Shown: positions 1 through 11,059, counted from the first letter of the whole stretch. The stretch is DNA of 62,866 bases, filler included, from 7 parts of 7 records of this genome joined end to end with filler, not necessarily neighbours in it, one strand, 5' to 3'. Notes: generated by a model from the letters alone, not told the origin. Made by a program: numbers and translations.

Positions 1-164
1 TTTTTGTACGTCAAATACATATATTGGATCCTTTCCATTTATAAAGTATTGACATAAAAAGTCTTTATAAATATAATAGACTACGATGTCCTTAAATATT
101 TCTTTAAGGACTTTTTTTATGTCATATTATATTAGACAGTAAGATTAGTTTTTACTTTTCAAAA

Positions 165-195
165 AATAAAAAAGGCTAAAATAGCCTTATTTTTT
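165..195 (-). terminator. Intrinsic terminator after rnj
   Basis: Minus strand AAGGCTA-TTT-TAGCCTT followed by a T-run, just past the rnj stop. Confidence 0.6.
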
Positions 196-1867
196 AGATT
201 TCAGTTGAAATTATCACAGGAATTGTAATAGGATTTCGTTTAATTTCTTGGTATATATAACGATTTACATTACTTCTAACGTCTCTTTTATATTCATTCC
301 AATTAATATATTTACCTTTCATGTGTTTTTCACTTGTTTTATAAAATATATTTTTTACTTGTTCTAGTAATTCTTCTGATTCTTTAACATAAACAAAACC
401 TTTTGTAATGATTTCAACATTACCTAAGATTTTTTTATTTTTAGGACTCACGTGAGCAATAATTAATAAAGCACCATCTTCAGCAAGCAATTCACGGTCT
501 TTCATAACATAATCATTTACATCGCCTACAGCTGTACCATCAATAAGTATTTCACCAACATTTATATCATTTCTACTGACATAGACATCATTGTTTTTAA
601 AATTAAGAACATCACCATTATCCAATAAGAAGACTTGTTCATCTGTATAATTTAAGTCTTTCGCAAGTTTTCTAACACCATATTGATGACGATATTCACC
701 AATAGTTGGTACAATATATTTTGGTTTCAATAGATTAATCATCATTTTTAATTCTTCACCAGTTGCATGAGCTGCTGTGAGTAATCGTTTATCAACAACT
801 TGTACATCAGCATCAGAACGATATAAAATATCGAGTGTTCTAGCTGCCATTTTTTCTGTTCCAGGTATTGGTGCTGTCATTAAAACAATCGTATCAGAAT
901 CATCGATTTGAATAAGTCTATCGACTTTTTTACACATTCTTTGAAGCATAAAGAATGGTTCATGTCTATTTCCCGTTACAAGTGCAACGATATTTGGATC
1001 ATTATTTTTATTATTTTCATCAATAAATCTTAAATTGATCAATGATTTTTTAGGAATTTCTAAATATCCTTCTGCTATCGCAATATCAACAATTCTTTGT
1101 GCTCTACGCCCGATAATTGCAATTTTTTTACCATGTTTTAAACTGATATCAATGGCTCTTTGAATTTTTCTTAAATCAGACGAAAATAGAGAAATAATAA
1201 TTCTACCAGTAGCATTCGCAAAAATTGAATTTAATCGATGATCTAGCTGTTGATTCACCCCGCCATTTAATATAAGTGTGGAACCAAGTGACTCAGGTAA
1301 TAACATGAGCACCTTTTTTTCTGCAAGTTCATTAATCTTTTTAAAATCAGTTTGATATTTTGCGTCACCACTTTGATCAAATGTGAAGTCACTGGTATAA
1401 ACAATGACACCTTCTGTTGTATGGATAGCAATACCAATTGACTCAGGTATTGAATGTGTGGTATTAAAAAATGATACACGAACATGTCCAAACTTAATAA
1501 TTGAGTTTTGACTAATTGTGTTTAATGTATAGTTTTCAGGTTTAAATTTTGAATCTTTTAACATATCTTTTACAATTTCCATTGTAAATTTAGTTGCATA
1601 AACTGGTACATTTAAATCATTGATTAAATGTGGTATCGCTGCAATATGATCTTCATGAGCATGTGATAAAAATATACCTTTAATACGATCTTTTGCACGG
1701 ATTAAAATACGGTAATCAGGAATAATCTCATCCACACCGTATAATTCTGAACTTGGGTATTTAATCCCAGCATCTAATATAAATAAACTGCGGTCTACTT
1801 CCACCACATACATGTTTTTACCATTTTCACCAAGTCCCCCTAGTGAAAAAAATCTAATATCACTCAT
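194..1867 (-). CDS. rnj: Ribonuclease J (metallo-beta-lactamase/beta-CASP), possibly J2-like
   Basis: LGGLGENGKNM, HAHEDH and HSIPE motifs; likely start MSDIRFF at 1867. Confidence 0.92.
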   Translation of the reverse strand: MSDIRFFSLGGLGENGKNMYVVEVDRSLFILDAGIKYPSSELYGVDEIIPDYRILIRAKDRIKGIFLSHAHEDHIAAIPHLINDLNVPVYATKFTMEIVKDMLKDSKFKPENYTLNTISQNSIIKFGHVRVSFFNTTHSIPESIGIAIHTTEGVIVYTSDFTFDQSGDAKYQTDFKKINELAEKKVLMLLPESLGSTLILNGGVNQQLDHRLNSIFANATGRIIISLFSSDLRKIQRAIDISLKHGKKIAIIGRRAQRIVDIAIAEGYLEIPKKSLINLRFIDENNKNNDPNIVALVTGNRHEPFFMLQRMCKKVDRLIQIDDSDTIVLMTAPIPGTEKMAARTLDILYRSDADVQVVDKRLLTAAHATGEELKMMINLLKPKYIVPTIGEYRHQYGVRKLAKDLNYTDEQVFLLDNGDVLNFKNNDVYVSRNDINVGEILIDGTAVGDVNDYVMKDRELLAEDGALLIIAHVSPKNKKILGNVEIITKGFVYVKESEELLEQVKNIFYKTSEKHMKGKYINWNEYKRDVRSNVNRYIYQEIKRNPITIPVIISTEI

Positions 1868-1983
1868 TATAACACTTCCTTCATATTGTATCGAGTATTT
1901 ATTCACAATTATTATATCATGTTTTCATAATTTAACAATGTTTTTGTTTTGGTATATGGTATCATAAAAATAGGTGATAAACA

Positions 1984-2562
1984 ATGATAAAATATCCAAT
2001 AAAACGTCAAGCACAAGTAAAAACAACAAATTATGCAAATCTTGGCATGACTCTTGAATCAGATATTGCACTAAGTAATCAATATTATCTTGATCATAAC
2101 ATTGCAATTATCCATAAAAAGCCTACACCTATTCAAGTAGTCAACGTGTCTTATCCTGCGAGAAATAAAGCGAAAATTACTGAAGCTTATTACAAAACAC
2201 CTTCTACTACAGATTTTAATGGTGTTTATAAAGGCAAATATATTGATTTTGATGCAAAAGAAACCAATTCAAAAACTTCAATGCCACTTAAAAATGTTCA
2301 TCCCCATCAAATCTCTCATTTAAGAGCTGTTGAATATCATGGTGGTATTGCTTTTTTAATTGTACATTTTAAGTATTATAACGAATATTATCTATTACCA
2401 TTTCATGTATTATCTACATTTTGGGATACACAGCATGAAAAAACGGGACGAAAATCCATCCCGTATAAAACTTTTAAAGAAAAAGCTTATTTAATTCCAT
2501 TTGGTTATCAACCACGACTCGACTATCTTAAAATTATCGATCAGCTACTGTCTCAGGAATGA
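1984..2562 (+). CDS. recU: Holliday junction resolvase RecU
   Basis: GMTLE, IHKKPTPIQVV, PSTTDFNGVYKGKYIDFDAKET motifs. Confidence 0.95.
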   Translation: MIKYPIKRQAQVKTTNYANLGMTLESDIALSNQYYLDHNIAIIHKKPTPIQVVNVSYPARNKAKITEAYYKTPSTTDFNGVYKGKYIDFDAKETNSKTSMPLKNVHPHQISHLRAVEYHGGIAFLIVHFKYYNEYYLLPFHVLSTFWDTQHEKTGRKSIPYKTFKEKAYLIPFGYQPRLDYLKIIDQLLSQE

Positions 2563-3244
2563 AGTCTTGTGATTTATCATAAATTCTATCATGAGTTTTC
2601 CAAAGTATAAGTGTAACTATGATAGCTGATGATAAGATATACAGTAAGTTATAAGTTAGGCTGTACAACCAAATATTACCACCAAAGAAATCATATACAT
2701 CTACAATAAACTTACCAAGTGGCATATTAGCTTCACTTGGATTAGACTTCAGCCATTCAATACTATCTCCCCAAATAAGAACACCACTTAAGGTAGATGA
2801 GATTAGACGAATAACATTTGTTAAGATGATTGCTTTAAATACAGCTGATAATTGATTAAATGACTTGCTGAATAATCCAGATAATCCGAATCCAGCAAAT
2901 GGTATTATGTAATCAAAAACAATGATCATCATCCAATCACCAAAACTAAAACCAGAATCAGTGAATAACGCTATAAGTTCGTTTATTGTCGCAAGCGTTA
3001 TGATATAATCAGCACTAAAATTATATAAAGCAAAAACAAAACTACCAATAATACCATATGATAATCCGCAAATGAGGCCGATTAATATAAGTGGTAAAAT
3101 TGAAATTCCAAAAAACTTGCCTCCAAAAGGCATACTAAAATTTAAACCTGGTATTGCACCTATGATTATATCTAGTACAATAGCCATTGTTACTAATGAT
3201 GCTGTCAAAAGCATTTTTCTCAATTTTTTTTGAGATTCATTCAT
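2534..3244 (-). CDS. thiT: ECF-type thiamine transporter S component
   Basis: Multi-TM protein with PFGG and DYIIPF motifs, downstream of a TPP riboswitch. Confidence 0.85.
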   Translation of the reverse strand: MNESQKKLRKMLLTASLVTMAIVLDIIIGAIPGLNFSMPFGGKFFGISILPLILIGLICGLSYGIIGSFVFALYNFSADYIITLATINELIALFTDSGFSFGDWMMIIVFDYIIPFAGFGLSGLFSKSFNQLSAVFKAIILTNVIRLISSTLSGVLIWGDSIEWLKSNPSEANMPLGKFIVDVYDFFGGNIWLYSLTYNLLYILSSAIIVTLILWKTHDRIYDKSQDFIPETVADR

Positions 3245-3265
3245 TTCTTTTCCTCCTTAGAAAAT

Positions 3266-3294
3266 AAAAATTTCTATGGATTCTCCAAAGAAAT
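3266..3294 (-). terminator. Terminator in the TPP riboswitch expression platform
   Basis: Minus strand ATTTCTTTGGA-GAA-TCCATAGAAAT-TTTT between the aptamer and thiT. Confidence 0.65.
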
Positions 3295-3321
3295 AGATAG
3301 TGAATATAACAAAATTGTTAT

Positions 3322-3403
3322 CGACTATCCCTCCGCTGGTATCATCCAGATCAGGTTCATCGGGTCGACTCTCGTCCTCTCAGCTTACGCTCCCCGTAGT
3401 GAT
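3322..3403 (-). ncRNA. TPP (thi-box) riboswitch
   Basis: Minus strand GGGGAGC..GCTGAGAG..GACCC.ATGAACCTGATCTGGATGATACCAGCGGAGGGA matches the TPP aptamer consensus; upstream of thiT. Confidence 0.95.
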
Positions 3404-3456
3404 CACTCATAATATAACATAGATTATCATATTTTACAATAAAGGAGATTTAACAA

Positions 3457-3899
3457 ATGACAGAATTCGAAATAGCGATTAGCATGTTATCAATATTATT
3501 GATAATCATTTTATTGCCTTCGCTTAAAATCGTTAAAATCAATGAACGTCTACTCATTGAAAGACTAGGAAAATATAATAAAACCATTGAAACACCTGGT
3601 ATATACTTTATCATTCCACTTGTAGATAGAGTAATAACCAAAATACCTGTTGATGCCTTTTTTGTGAGTAAAAAAGAAAGACAAATCATGTCGTCAACAT
3701 TCACACATATAAAATTGAAGTCTTTGATATCATGCTTTATACTTACCAAGCCTTAGATCCTATTAATGATATTCATCAGTTCATTTCAAAAGCACTAGAT
3801 GAAGGTCGCATACTTTCTGATATCGAATTTTTACTTGAAGGTTATACACAACAATTTGGTATCAATGTTTTATCCATAACCATTGATAATATAAAATAA
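3457..3899 (+). CDS. Short, divergent SPFH/band-7-like protein (frameshift near 3670-3680)
   Basis: N-terminal TM plus IERLGKY..PGIYFIIPLVDRV; another frame continues YKIEVFD...QFGINVLSITIDNIK* to 3899. Confidence 0.65.
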
Positions 3900-3965
3900 T
3901 TTTATGTAATTTTATTGCATAATCTATAATATGGTGCTATAATATAGTCAAAGGAGTGATGTTTA

Positions 3966-4340
3966 ATGAATATTACATGGTTCAATGAGAAACCAAAAGA
4001 TTGTATTGTAACAATCGGAAATGGTAGTATCACTTTAAACAAACCAGCAGTTATGTTTTTTGAAAACGCATATTCTGTCATGCTAGGTTCAAATATGGAT
4101 GAAAAGCTTATCATTATTAAGCCTTTAAATAAAGAGCGTGCTTTAATGCATGATATCCCAGATAATAGTAAGTATAGAATTACAATTCGTTCATCTTATG
4201 GTAGAATAACTAATAAAGCGTTTTTAAAAGAGATCGTTGATTGGTTTAATATTGATGTCTTAAATGATGTCATCAAATTCAAAGCCAATTGGGATCATAA
4301 AAACGAAATCTTACTGGTAGATTTAAAGGAGGTTATTTAA
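3966..4340 (+). CDS. Hypothetical protein
   Basis: 124-aa ORF with AAGGAG RBS; stop overlaps the next start. Confidence 0.75.
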   Translation: MNITWFNEKPKDCIVTIGNGSITLNKPAVMFFENAYSVMLGSNMDEKLIIIKPLNKERALMHDIPDNSKYRITIRSSYGRITNKAFLKEIVDWFNIDVLNDVIKFKANWDHKNEILLVDLKEVI

Positions 4341-4765
4341 TGGAGTGGTTAGAATGGGTATGGCTAGGTATATTTATTGGTGCCTTACTATTTGAGTTTG
4401 CAACTGCAGACATGGTGAGTATTTGGTTTTCACTAGGTGCGATTCCAAGTTATATTATTGCACTATTTGGTGGTAATCCTATATTACAAATTGTATTATT
4501 CTTTGTGATTACTGCAGTATTACTGTATTTTACAAGACCTGTAGTACTTAAGTATTTTAAAACCAACGAGATTAAAACAAACGTTGACTCAGTCATTGGA
4601 CAAAAAGCACTGTGCATTGAAAGAATTTCAGAAGACGCTATTGGAGAAGTTAAATTAAAAACTCAAATATGGTCTGCCGTATCAAAAGAAACAATTGAAG
4701 TTAATGAACACGTTCGCATCCTTGATGTTGAAGGTGTTAAGTTGATCGTAGAAAAAATAGATTAA
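4340..4765 (+). CDS. NfeD-family membrane protein
   Basis: TM N-terminus, OB-like C-terminus (GEVK..WSA..VRILDVEGVKLIV), next to SPFH gene. Confidence 0.88.
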   Translation: MEWLEWVWLGIFIGALLFEFATADMVSIWFSLGAIPSYIIALFGGNPILQIVLFFVITAVLLYFTRPVVLKYFKTNEIKTNVDSVIGQKALCIERISEDAIGEVKLKTQIWSAVSKETIEVNEHVRILDVEGVKLIVEKID

Positions 4766-4790
4766 ATAAAAAAAGAAAGAGGTACAAATT

Positions 4791-5738
4791 ATGTTAGAAT
4801 TATTATTACCGAATATTGGTATCAGTTCAGGTGGTATTGTCGCTATTGTTGCTGTGATTGCATTTTTACTTATTTTATTCGCATCAAGCTTTAGACTTGT
4901 CACACAAACTAAAAAATATGTCATTGAACGTTTAGGTGGTTATCATACAACTCTAGGCGTTGGTGTTCACTTTATTGTTCCAATTATTGATCGTGTAGCA
5001 AATGTTGTTTCACTTAAAGAACAAGTTAAAGACTTTGCACCACAACCCGTAATTACAAAAGATAATGTAACGATGCAAATTGATACAGTTGTCTTCTTCT
5101 CAATAACTGATCCTAAAGCATTTACATATGGGACAGAACGTCCGATGTTAGCGATAGAAAAAATATCTGCAACAACATTACGTAATATTATTGGGGATTT
5201 AGATTTAGACCAAACATTAACATCAAGAGATTTAATCAATACGAATATGAGAAAAATCTTAGATGATGCAACTGACCCATGGGGTATTAAAGTTAACCGT
5301 GTTGAAGTTAAAAACATTTTGCCACCTAAAGATATCCGTGATTCAATGGAAAAACAAATGCGTGCTGAACGTGAAAGACGTCAAACCATTCTTATCGCTG
5401 AAGGTGAAAAACGTGCTGCTATCTTACGTGCTGAAGGTGAAAAAAAATATGTTGTATTAAGAGCCGATGCATATCGTCAAGAAAAAATTCTTCACGCTGA
5501 AGGTGAAGCAGATGCTATTAGAAAAATGAAAGAAGCTGAAGCATTAGGTATTGAACTTATTAAAAATGCTAAAGCAGATGATGCTGTACTTAAAATTAAA
5601 GCTTATGAAGCACTTGCTAAAGTTGCTGATGGTCAATCAACTAAATTAGTTGTTCCAACAAACATTACTGACTTAGCATCAAGTGTAATGATGGCTGCAG
5701 AGTTTGCAAAATCTGACAAAGCTGCTCCTAAAAAATAA
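4791..5738 (+). CDS. SPFH/stomatin (QmcA-like) protein
   Basis: VITKDNV, WGIKVNRVEVKNI, MEKQMRAERERR motifs. Confidence 0.93.
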   Translation: MLELLLPNIGISSGGIVAIVAVIAFLLILFASSFRLVTQTKKYVIERLGGYHTTLGVGVHFIVPIIDRVANVVSLKEQVKDFAPQPVITKDNVTMQIDTVVFFSITDPKAFTYGTERPMLAIEKISATTLRNIIGDLDLDQTLTSRDLINTNMRKILDDATDPWGIKVNRVEVKNILPPKDIRDSMEKQMRAERERRQTILIAEGEKRAAILRAEGEKKYVVLRADAYRQEKILHAEGEADAIRKMKEAEALGIELIKNAKADDAVLKIKAYEALAKVADGQSTKLVVPTNITDLASSVMMAAEFAKSDKAAPKK

Positions 5739-5751
5739 TTTAAAACATAGA

Positions 5752-5783
5752 AATAGCGATGAAAAATCATCGCTATTTTTTTT
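5752..5783. terminator. Hairpin terminator between convergent genes
   Basis: AATAGCGATGA-AAAA-TCATCGCTATT followed by a T-run. Confidence 0.7.
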
Positions 5784-6882
5784 TATATATAATGAGTGGA
5801 ACTTCCATTTCTGCTTTTGTCAAACCTGCATGATGTCCTTTGTAAATGGCATTTTTTTTAAATTTTAGGTAGCTATCTGAAATAGCAATACCTACAAAAT
5901 CTCCAATAAAACTATCGAGCATGGGATGCTTAACACCACGACCAATGAGTCCACTTTCAATGAATTCATGTTTGGATAATAAATCATATCGTGTTTCATA
6001 CATTTTTTTAAACATCATTCTGAATTCATGTTTTTTATCTTCTTTAACAAAAAAAGTTGGTGTGCGCGGTTCTATTGAAGGTAATTTATCAAGCATATTA
6101 TACAGATATTGATTTTCCATAAATTCAATAGGTTTAACTGCTAATTGTCCATGATCTGCAATCACTATGATGATTGAATCGTTTGATAATTGCTTGCACA
6201 TATCTTCCATGTGTTTTGATAATTGCTTAAGTTCAGTTTTAACAATTTTGCTAAATGGTCCATGTTTATGTTCTAGATCATCTGGATTTGTCCAGTATAC
6301 ATAAGAGAACGTCTTTGCATCCATCTGACTAATTTCAATAACTCTCTGCATTTGATCGCTAAATGTTTTATAGCCACCCTTTACAAAATCAGGATATAAT
6401 TCATAGGTTTTTACATCACCACGGTTTTTAGCAATGCGTTCTAAGATTGTGTCATGCTTTAAATATTTCGTTTTAAGATTTTCTTTAATCACTTTATCTT
6501 TATCATAATAGTCTTTATTTAAGAAAATGATATCATAGACATCTTCTTTAGGGAAATATTGACTCCAACCTAAATAGCCACTTTCATAAGGTGGTTTTGC
6601 ATATAATACGGCATGGGTTGCTGCGACAGTGGTTGGTGGATAAATAGATGTGATTTTATCAACCATATGCTTTCTTAAAAAATCTTTTTTAGAAAGATAT
6701 TTTTTAATGATATTTGTCCCCATACCATCTAATAAAACAAGAAACACATGTTTGAAATTTTCATCAAGTGCTTCTTGTAATTTTTGTATATAATTTCTAT
6801 TTGTTTTGATACCGTAGTGCTGTAAGATGGTATGACTAACATTCAGTATTGACCGGTGATAATCAGGTTCCATCAATTTCAT
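5773..6882 (-). CDS. Alkaline phosphatase superfamily (nucleotide pyrophosphatase-like) protein
   Basis: LLDGMG, PPTTVAAT, D..H.HG, ADHG, GHHAG metal-ligand motifs. Confidence 0.85.
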   Translation of the reverse strand: MKLMEPDYHRSILNVSHTILQHYGIKTNRNYIQKLQEALDENFKHVFLVLLDGMGTNIIKKYLSKKDFLRKHMVDKITSIYPPTTVAATHAVLYAKPPYESGYLGWSQYFPKEDVYDIIFLNKDYYDKDKVIKENLKTKYLKHDTILERIAKNRGDVKTYELYPDFVKGGYKTFSDQMQRVIEISQMDAKTFSYVYWTNPDDLEHKHGPFSKIVKTELKQLSKHMEDMCKQLSNDSIIIVIADHGQLAVKPIEFMENQYLYNMLDKLPSIEPRTPTFFVKEDKKHEFRMMFKKMYETRYDLLSKHEFIESGLIGRGVKHPMLDSFIGDFVGIAISDSYLKFKKNAIYKGHHAGLTKAEMEVPLIIYKKK

Positions 6883-8174
6883 TTAACAATACCTCGAATA
6901 AGTGATTGCTCAACCTTTGAATCACCAAATGATAATGCATCTAATATAAGTTTTTTTGCATCTTCAATGCCTTTATCATTCACATATAGGGTTGCAATCA
7001 CATCACCTTTATGCACATAATCACCAATTTTTTTATGAAGGTCAATGCCTACACTTGGATCAATCATATCTTGTTTAGTTGCACGTCCTGCACCTAATAA
7101 CATCGCTGCTTTACCAATAGATAATGCATCCATATCTACTAAATAGCCATCTTGAGTTGATTTAACGTCAACCAACTGATTAGAGATATAATCATCAAAA
7201 TGATCAAGTACAGTGATATCGCCACCTTGAGCTTGAATAAAAGCCTTAAATGTGTCATAAGCTTTACCAGATGCAATACTTTGATTGATTAGATGAATGG
7301 CATCATCCTCATCTTTTGCAATTTGTGCATCAATTAATAATCTAGTTGCAATGGTTTCTACCACTTCCATCAAATCGCGAGGACCATTACCCTTAAGTGC
7401 TTCTATTGCTTCACTTACTTCTAGTGCATTACCAATTTTATGTCCGAGTGGTTGATTCATGTTCGTTAAAATAGCAGTAACTTTTTTACCTGCAAGTTTA
7501 CCCATATCTACCATCAGTTGTGCCAGTGTCTTTGCATCTTCTAATGTTTTCATAAATGCACCATGGCCAACCTTAACATCTAGACATATTGCATCAGCAC
7601 CACTTGCTAATTTTTTAGACATAATTGATGACGCAATCAATGGGATAATATCAACGGTAGCCGTTACATCTCTTAATGCATATAGTTTTTTATCAGCAGG
7701 TGCAATATCACCACTTTGTCCAATGACTGATATACCTATATCTTTGACTTGTTGAATAAAGTCATTTGGACTTAACTCCACATGAAACCCTTTAATGCTT
7801 TCTAGCTTATCAATTGTTCCGCCAGTATGACCTAATCCACGGCCACTCATTTTGGCTACTTTTGCACCTAAACTTGCAACTATAGGGGCAAGTACCAGTG
7901 TTACCTTATCACCTACACCACCAGTTGAATGCTTATCAACCTTAATACCTTTAATATTTGATAAATCCATGACATCACCAGAATCACGCATAGCCAATGC
8001 TAAATGTGTGGCTTCTTCATGATTCATGCCATTAAAGTAAATAGCCATAAGCATGGCACTCATCTGATAATCAGGAATATCACCGGCAGTATATGCGGTA
8101 ATAAAATAGTGTATTTCTTCTTTTGTTAATGCTTGATTGTCTCGTTTTTTTGTAATCAAATCTATAAATCTCAT
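6879..8174 (-). CDS. pdp: Pyrimidine-nucleoside/thymidine phosphorylase
   Basis: DKHSTGGVGDK, KMSGRGLGHTGGTIDKLE, SIMSKK motifs. Confidence 0.95.
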   Translation of the reverse strand: MRFIDLITKKRDNQALTKEEIHYFITAYTAGDIPDYQMSAMLMAIYFNGMNHEEATHLALAMRDSGDVMDLSNIKGIKVDKHSTGGVGDKVTLVLAPIVASLGAKVAKMSGRGLGHTGGTIDKLESIKGFHVELSPNDFIQQVKDIGISVIGQSGDIAPADKKLYALRDVTATVDIIPLIASSIMSKKLASGADAICLDVKVGHGAFMKTLEDAKTLAQLMVDMGKLAGKKVTAILTNMNQPLGHKIGNALEVSEAIEALKGNGPRDLMEVVETIATRLLIDAQIAKDEDDAIHLINQSIASGKAYDTFKAFIQAQGGDITVLDHFDDYISNQLVDVKSTQDGYLVDMDALSIGKAAMLLGAGRATKQDMIDPSVGIDLHKKIGDYVHKGDVIATLYVNDKGIEDAKKLILDALSFGDSKVEQSLIRGIVK

Positions 8175-8243
8175 AAGATCACTCCTTACATACATTTTAC
8201 CATAAAACCTTTACAATATGTTATAATAACAACGGTGATAAAC

Positions 8244-8837
8244 ATGATAAAATTAGCAATGGTTAGACACGGGCAAACAAACTATAATTTAAATCGTCTC
8301 GTGCAAGGAAGAATAGATAATCCACTAAATGAAAATGGAAGACAACAAGCTTATATACTCGCAGAACATTTAAAAGAAGCCAATCAAACATTTGATGTTA
8401 TTCTTAGTTCTCCATTATCAAGAGCATTACAAACAGCATCTATATTACGACAAAAATTAAACGAAAAACAGCCTATAGAAATTGTTCAACATTTCGTAGA
8501 AAGAAATTTTAATGCACTCGATGGTATGTCAGTTGATGAAGTCATGCCACTTGTCAGAACAAAAGGTTATACACATCCAGGATATGAAAATGATGAAATG
8601 CTTGTACAAAGAGTGGTTTCTGCTGCATTTGATTTATTAAAAAAACATGATGGACAAACACTTTTATGTGTTGCACATTCCCATGTACTAAAAGCATTAT
8701 TAGTCTATAGTCAACCTAAAAAATTTTCTTTTGCAAATTATTTTTTAACAAATGGTGATATTATATATTTTGAAATATACCCAAATAACATCAAGTTCAT
8801 CAAACACACTAGACATCCTCAAGGTGACATGAAATAA
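8244..8837 (+). CDS. Histidine phosphatase (phosphoglycerate mutase family)
   Basis: VRHGQT..N, SSPLSRA, VAH motifs; start MIKLAMV at 8244. Confidence 0.9.
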   Translation: MIKLAMVRHGQTNYNLNRLVQGRIDNPLNENGRQQAYILAEHLKEANQTFDVILSSPLSRALQTASILRQKLNEKQPIEIVQHFVERNFNALDGMSVDEVMPLVRTKGYTHPGYENDEMLVQRVVSAAFDLLKKHDGQTLLCVAHSHVLKALLVYSQPKKFSFANYFLTNGDIIYFEIYPNNIKFIKHTRHPQGDMK

Positions 8838-8934
8838 GAGTTGATTAATAACTCTTTTTTTTATGTCAATTTAATTGTATATTTATATTGCTTATATCCT
8901 AAATATTTTTACAAAAAAACACCTAAAAAGGTGT

Positions 8935-9717
8935 TTATAATGGTTGATTAATAATTTGATAAACTTTGTGTGCCACTTCTGTTGAATTCATGTCTTTAAT
9001 TGATTCAAATTTAACAACAGGATGAACAATGACATGAACATGTGTTCTTTTCCATGGCCACATATATTTTACTTCTCGCATATGTTTAATGGAGATAAGT
9101 AACAAGTCAGTTTCAGCTTTTAAAGCAATTTTATAAGCACCTGGTCTCATATCAACCATTTGATCAGTGATACGAGATTTAATGCCACCTTCAGGAAAAA
9201 CAATAAAATTCATACCTTTTCTGGCAAGTTTAACTGCATTTACCATGCTTTTTGCAGTATTTCTTGTACTGGATCGATCAATAGGCATCGCACCTGTATA
9301 TTTTAAGAATTTACCTAAAAATGGAAATTTTAAAACTGAAGACTTTGGCGTGAAACTTGTCGGTCTTGGCATAACTGCCAGAATGGCCATAGGATCAATT
9401 TGCGATTTATGATTGGCAAAAGTTGTAATTTTCCCATCTAAGGGTATATGTTCTAATCCTTCATAGGTAAGTTTAACACGAATAACATAACGCGCTAACC
9501 ATATCGCAATAGATCTTGCAAAATAGGTTTTCATTTTATGCATCGTTGATGTATATGCCATCCAAATAAAATTAAGATATAAAAATAAGATGGTGCATAA
9601 AATAGCAAACACATAGCCTGAAATTATCCATATAGGTATCAAAATCAATGATTCAACCCATAGACTCATTAAAATGACATATGTAGCATATGCAATAAGA
9701 AATACTAAGGAAACCAT
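8935..9717 (-). CDS. plsC: 1-acyl-sn-glycerol-3-phosphate acyltransferase
   Basis: NHKSQID and FPEG motifs; N-terminal TMs. Confidence 0.88.
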   Translation of the reverse strand: MVSLVFLIAYATYVILMSLWVESLILIPIWIISGYVFAILCTILFLYLNFIWMAYTSTMHKMKTYFARSIAIWLARYVIRVKLTYEGLEHIPLDGKITTFANHKSQIDPMAILAVMPRPTSFTPKSSVLKFPFLGKFLKYTGAMPIDRSSTRNTAKSMVNAVKLARKGMNFIVFPEGGIKSRITDQMVDMRPGAYKIALKAETDLLLISIKHMREVKYMWPWKRTHVHVIVHPVVKFESIKDMNSTEVAHKVYQIINQPL

Positions 9718-9718
9718 A

Positions 9719-10186
9719 TTATATCCTTTCGTAAGTTGTAAATATGAGTGAAGGACGTAATGACTTTTCAATCACTTTAAACTTAGATAAATCAAATTTA
9801 GGAAAATAGACATCACCTTGATGTGTATTTAAAACATATGTAATGTATAAGCGATGAGCATAAGGCAAGGCAAGTGTATAGATTGTTTTTCCACCAATCA
9901 CCCATATATCTTCATCAACTTTTTCTAAAAATTTAAAAATATCTTTAACAAGTGTTGCATCTTCATACGCTTTATCTTCTAAATTACAAACATATATTTT
10001 TTTATAAGGTAGAGGTTTATTTTTATAATAACTCTTTAATGATTGATATGTCAAATCACCCATTAATACCACTTGATCATTGACTTTTTCTTTAAAGTAC
10101 AATAAATCTGCTTTATAGTGCCAAGGCAGACGATTACCATCACCAATCAACCAGTTTTCATCCATAGCCCATATCATTGAAATCAT
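9719..10186 (-). CDS. folA: Dihydrofolate reductase
   Basis: IG..N.LPW...DL.YFK, VIGG..IY, GDVYFP; coupled to thyA. Confidence 0.93.
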   Translation of the reverse strand: MISMIWAMDENWLIGDGNRLPWHYKADLLYFKEKVNDQVVLMGDLTYQSLKSYYKNKPLPYKKIYVCNLEDKAYEDATLVKDIFKFLEKVDEDIWVIGGKTIYTLALPYAHRLYITYVLNTHQGDVYFPKFDLSKFKVIEKSLRPSLIFTTYERI

Positions 10187-11049
10187 ACGGCTACCTTCCC
10201 TTTTATCGCAGGATAAGGATCATAATTTTCTAATGAAAAATCTTCATATTTAAAATCAAACAATGATTTTACATCTGGATTAATGACCATTTTTGGACGT
10301 TTTTTGGGTTCTCTTGTTAACTGTAGTTTAATTTGTTCTAAATGATTTGCATAAATATGTGCATCACCAAGTGTATGCACAAACTCACCAACTTCAAAAC
10401 CACTGACTTGAGCAACCATCATAAGCAACAATGCATATGATGCGATATTAAAAGGTACCCCTAAAAATATATCTGCACTTCTTTGATAAAGTTGTAGTGA
10501 TAGCTTATGATCTGCGACATAAAACTGAATAAGTGTGTGACATGGTGGTAATGCCATGTTTTTTATTTCTGCTGGATTCCAAGCAGATAGAATCATACGT
10601 CTAGACATAGGATTGTTTTTTAATTCATCTAATATATATGCTAGTTGATCAACACCATTAAATTCGCGCCATTGAGCACCATAAACTGGACCAAGATCTC
10701 CATATTTTTTAGCAAATTCATCATCAACTTTGATTTTTTCTGCAAATTCTTTTATAGACTCACCTTGAAAATCTGCACTTGATTTAAATGTTTGATATGG
10801 CCAATCATTCCAAATACGAACACCATGGTCAACTAAATATTTGATATTGGTGTCTCCTTTGATAAACCATAACAATTCATGAATAATTGATTTTAAATGC
10901 ACTTTTTTTGTTGTTAACAAAGGAAATCCTTCAGATAAATCATAGCGCATTTGGTATCCAAATACACTATAGGTTCCCGTTTTTGTTCGATCCATTTTAA
11001 ATGTACCGTGTGATAAAACATGTTGACACAAATCTAGATATGGTTTCAT
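10183..11049 (-). CDS. thyA: Thymidylate synthase
   Basis: [31 protein letters not shown] motifs. Confidence 0.97.
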   Translation of the reverse strand: MKPYLDLCQHVLSHGTFKMDRTKTGTYSVFGYQMRYDLSEGFPLLTTKKVHLKSIIHELLWFIKGDTNIKYLVDHGVRIWNDWPYQTFKSSADFQGESIKEFAEKIKVDDEFAKKYGDLGPVYGAQWREFNGVDQLAYILDELKNNPMSRRMILSAWNPAEIKNMALPPCHTLIQFYVADHKLSLQLYQRSADIFLGVPFNIASYALLLMMVAQVSGFEVGEFVHTLGDAHIYANHLEQIKLQLTREPKKRPKMVINPDVKSLFDFKYEDFSLENYDPYPAIKGKVAV

Positions 11050-11059
11050 AGGAACCTCC

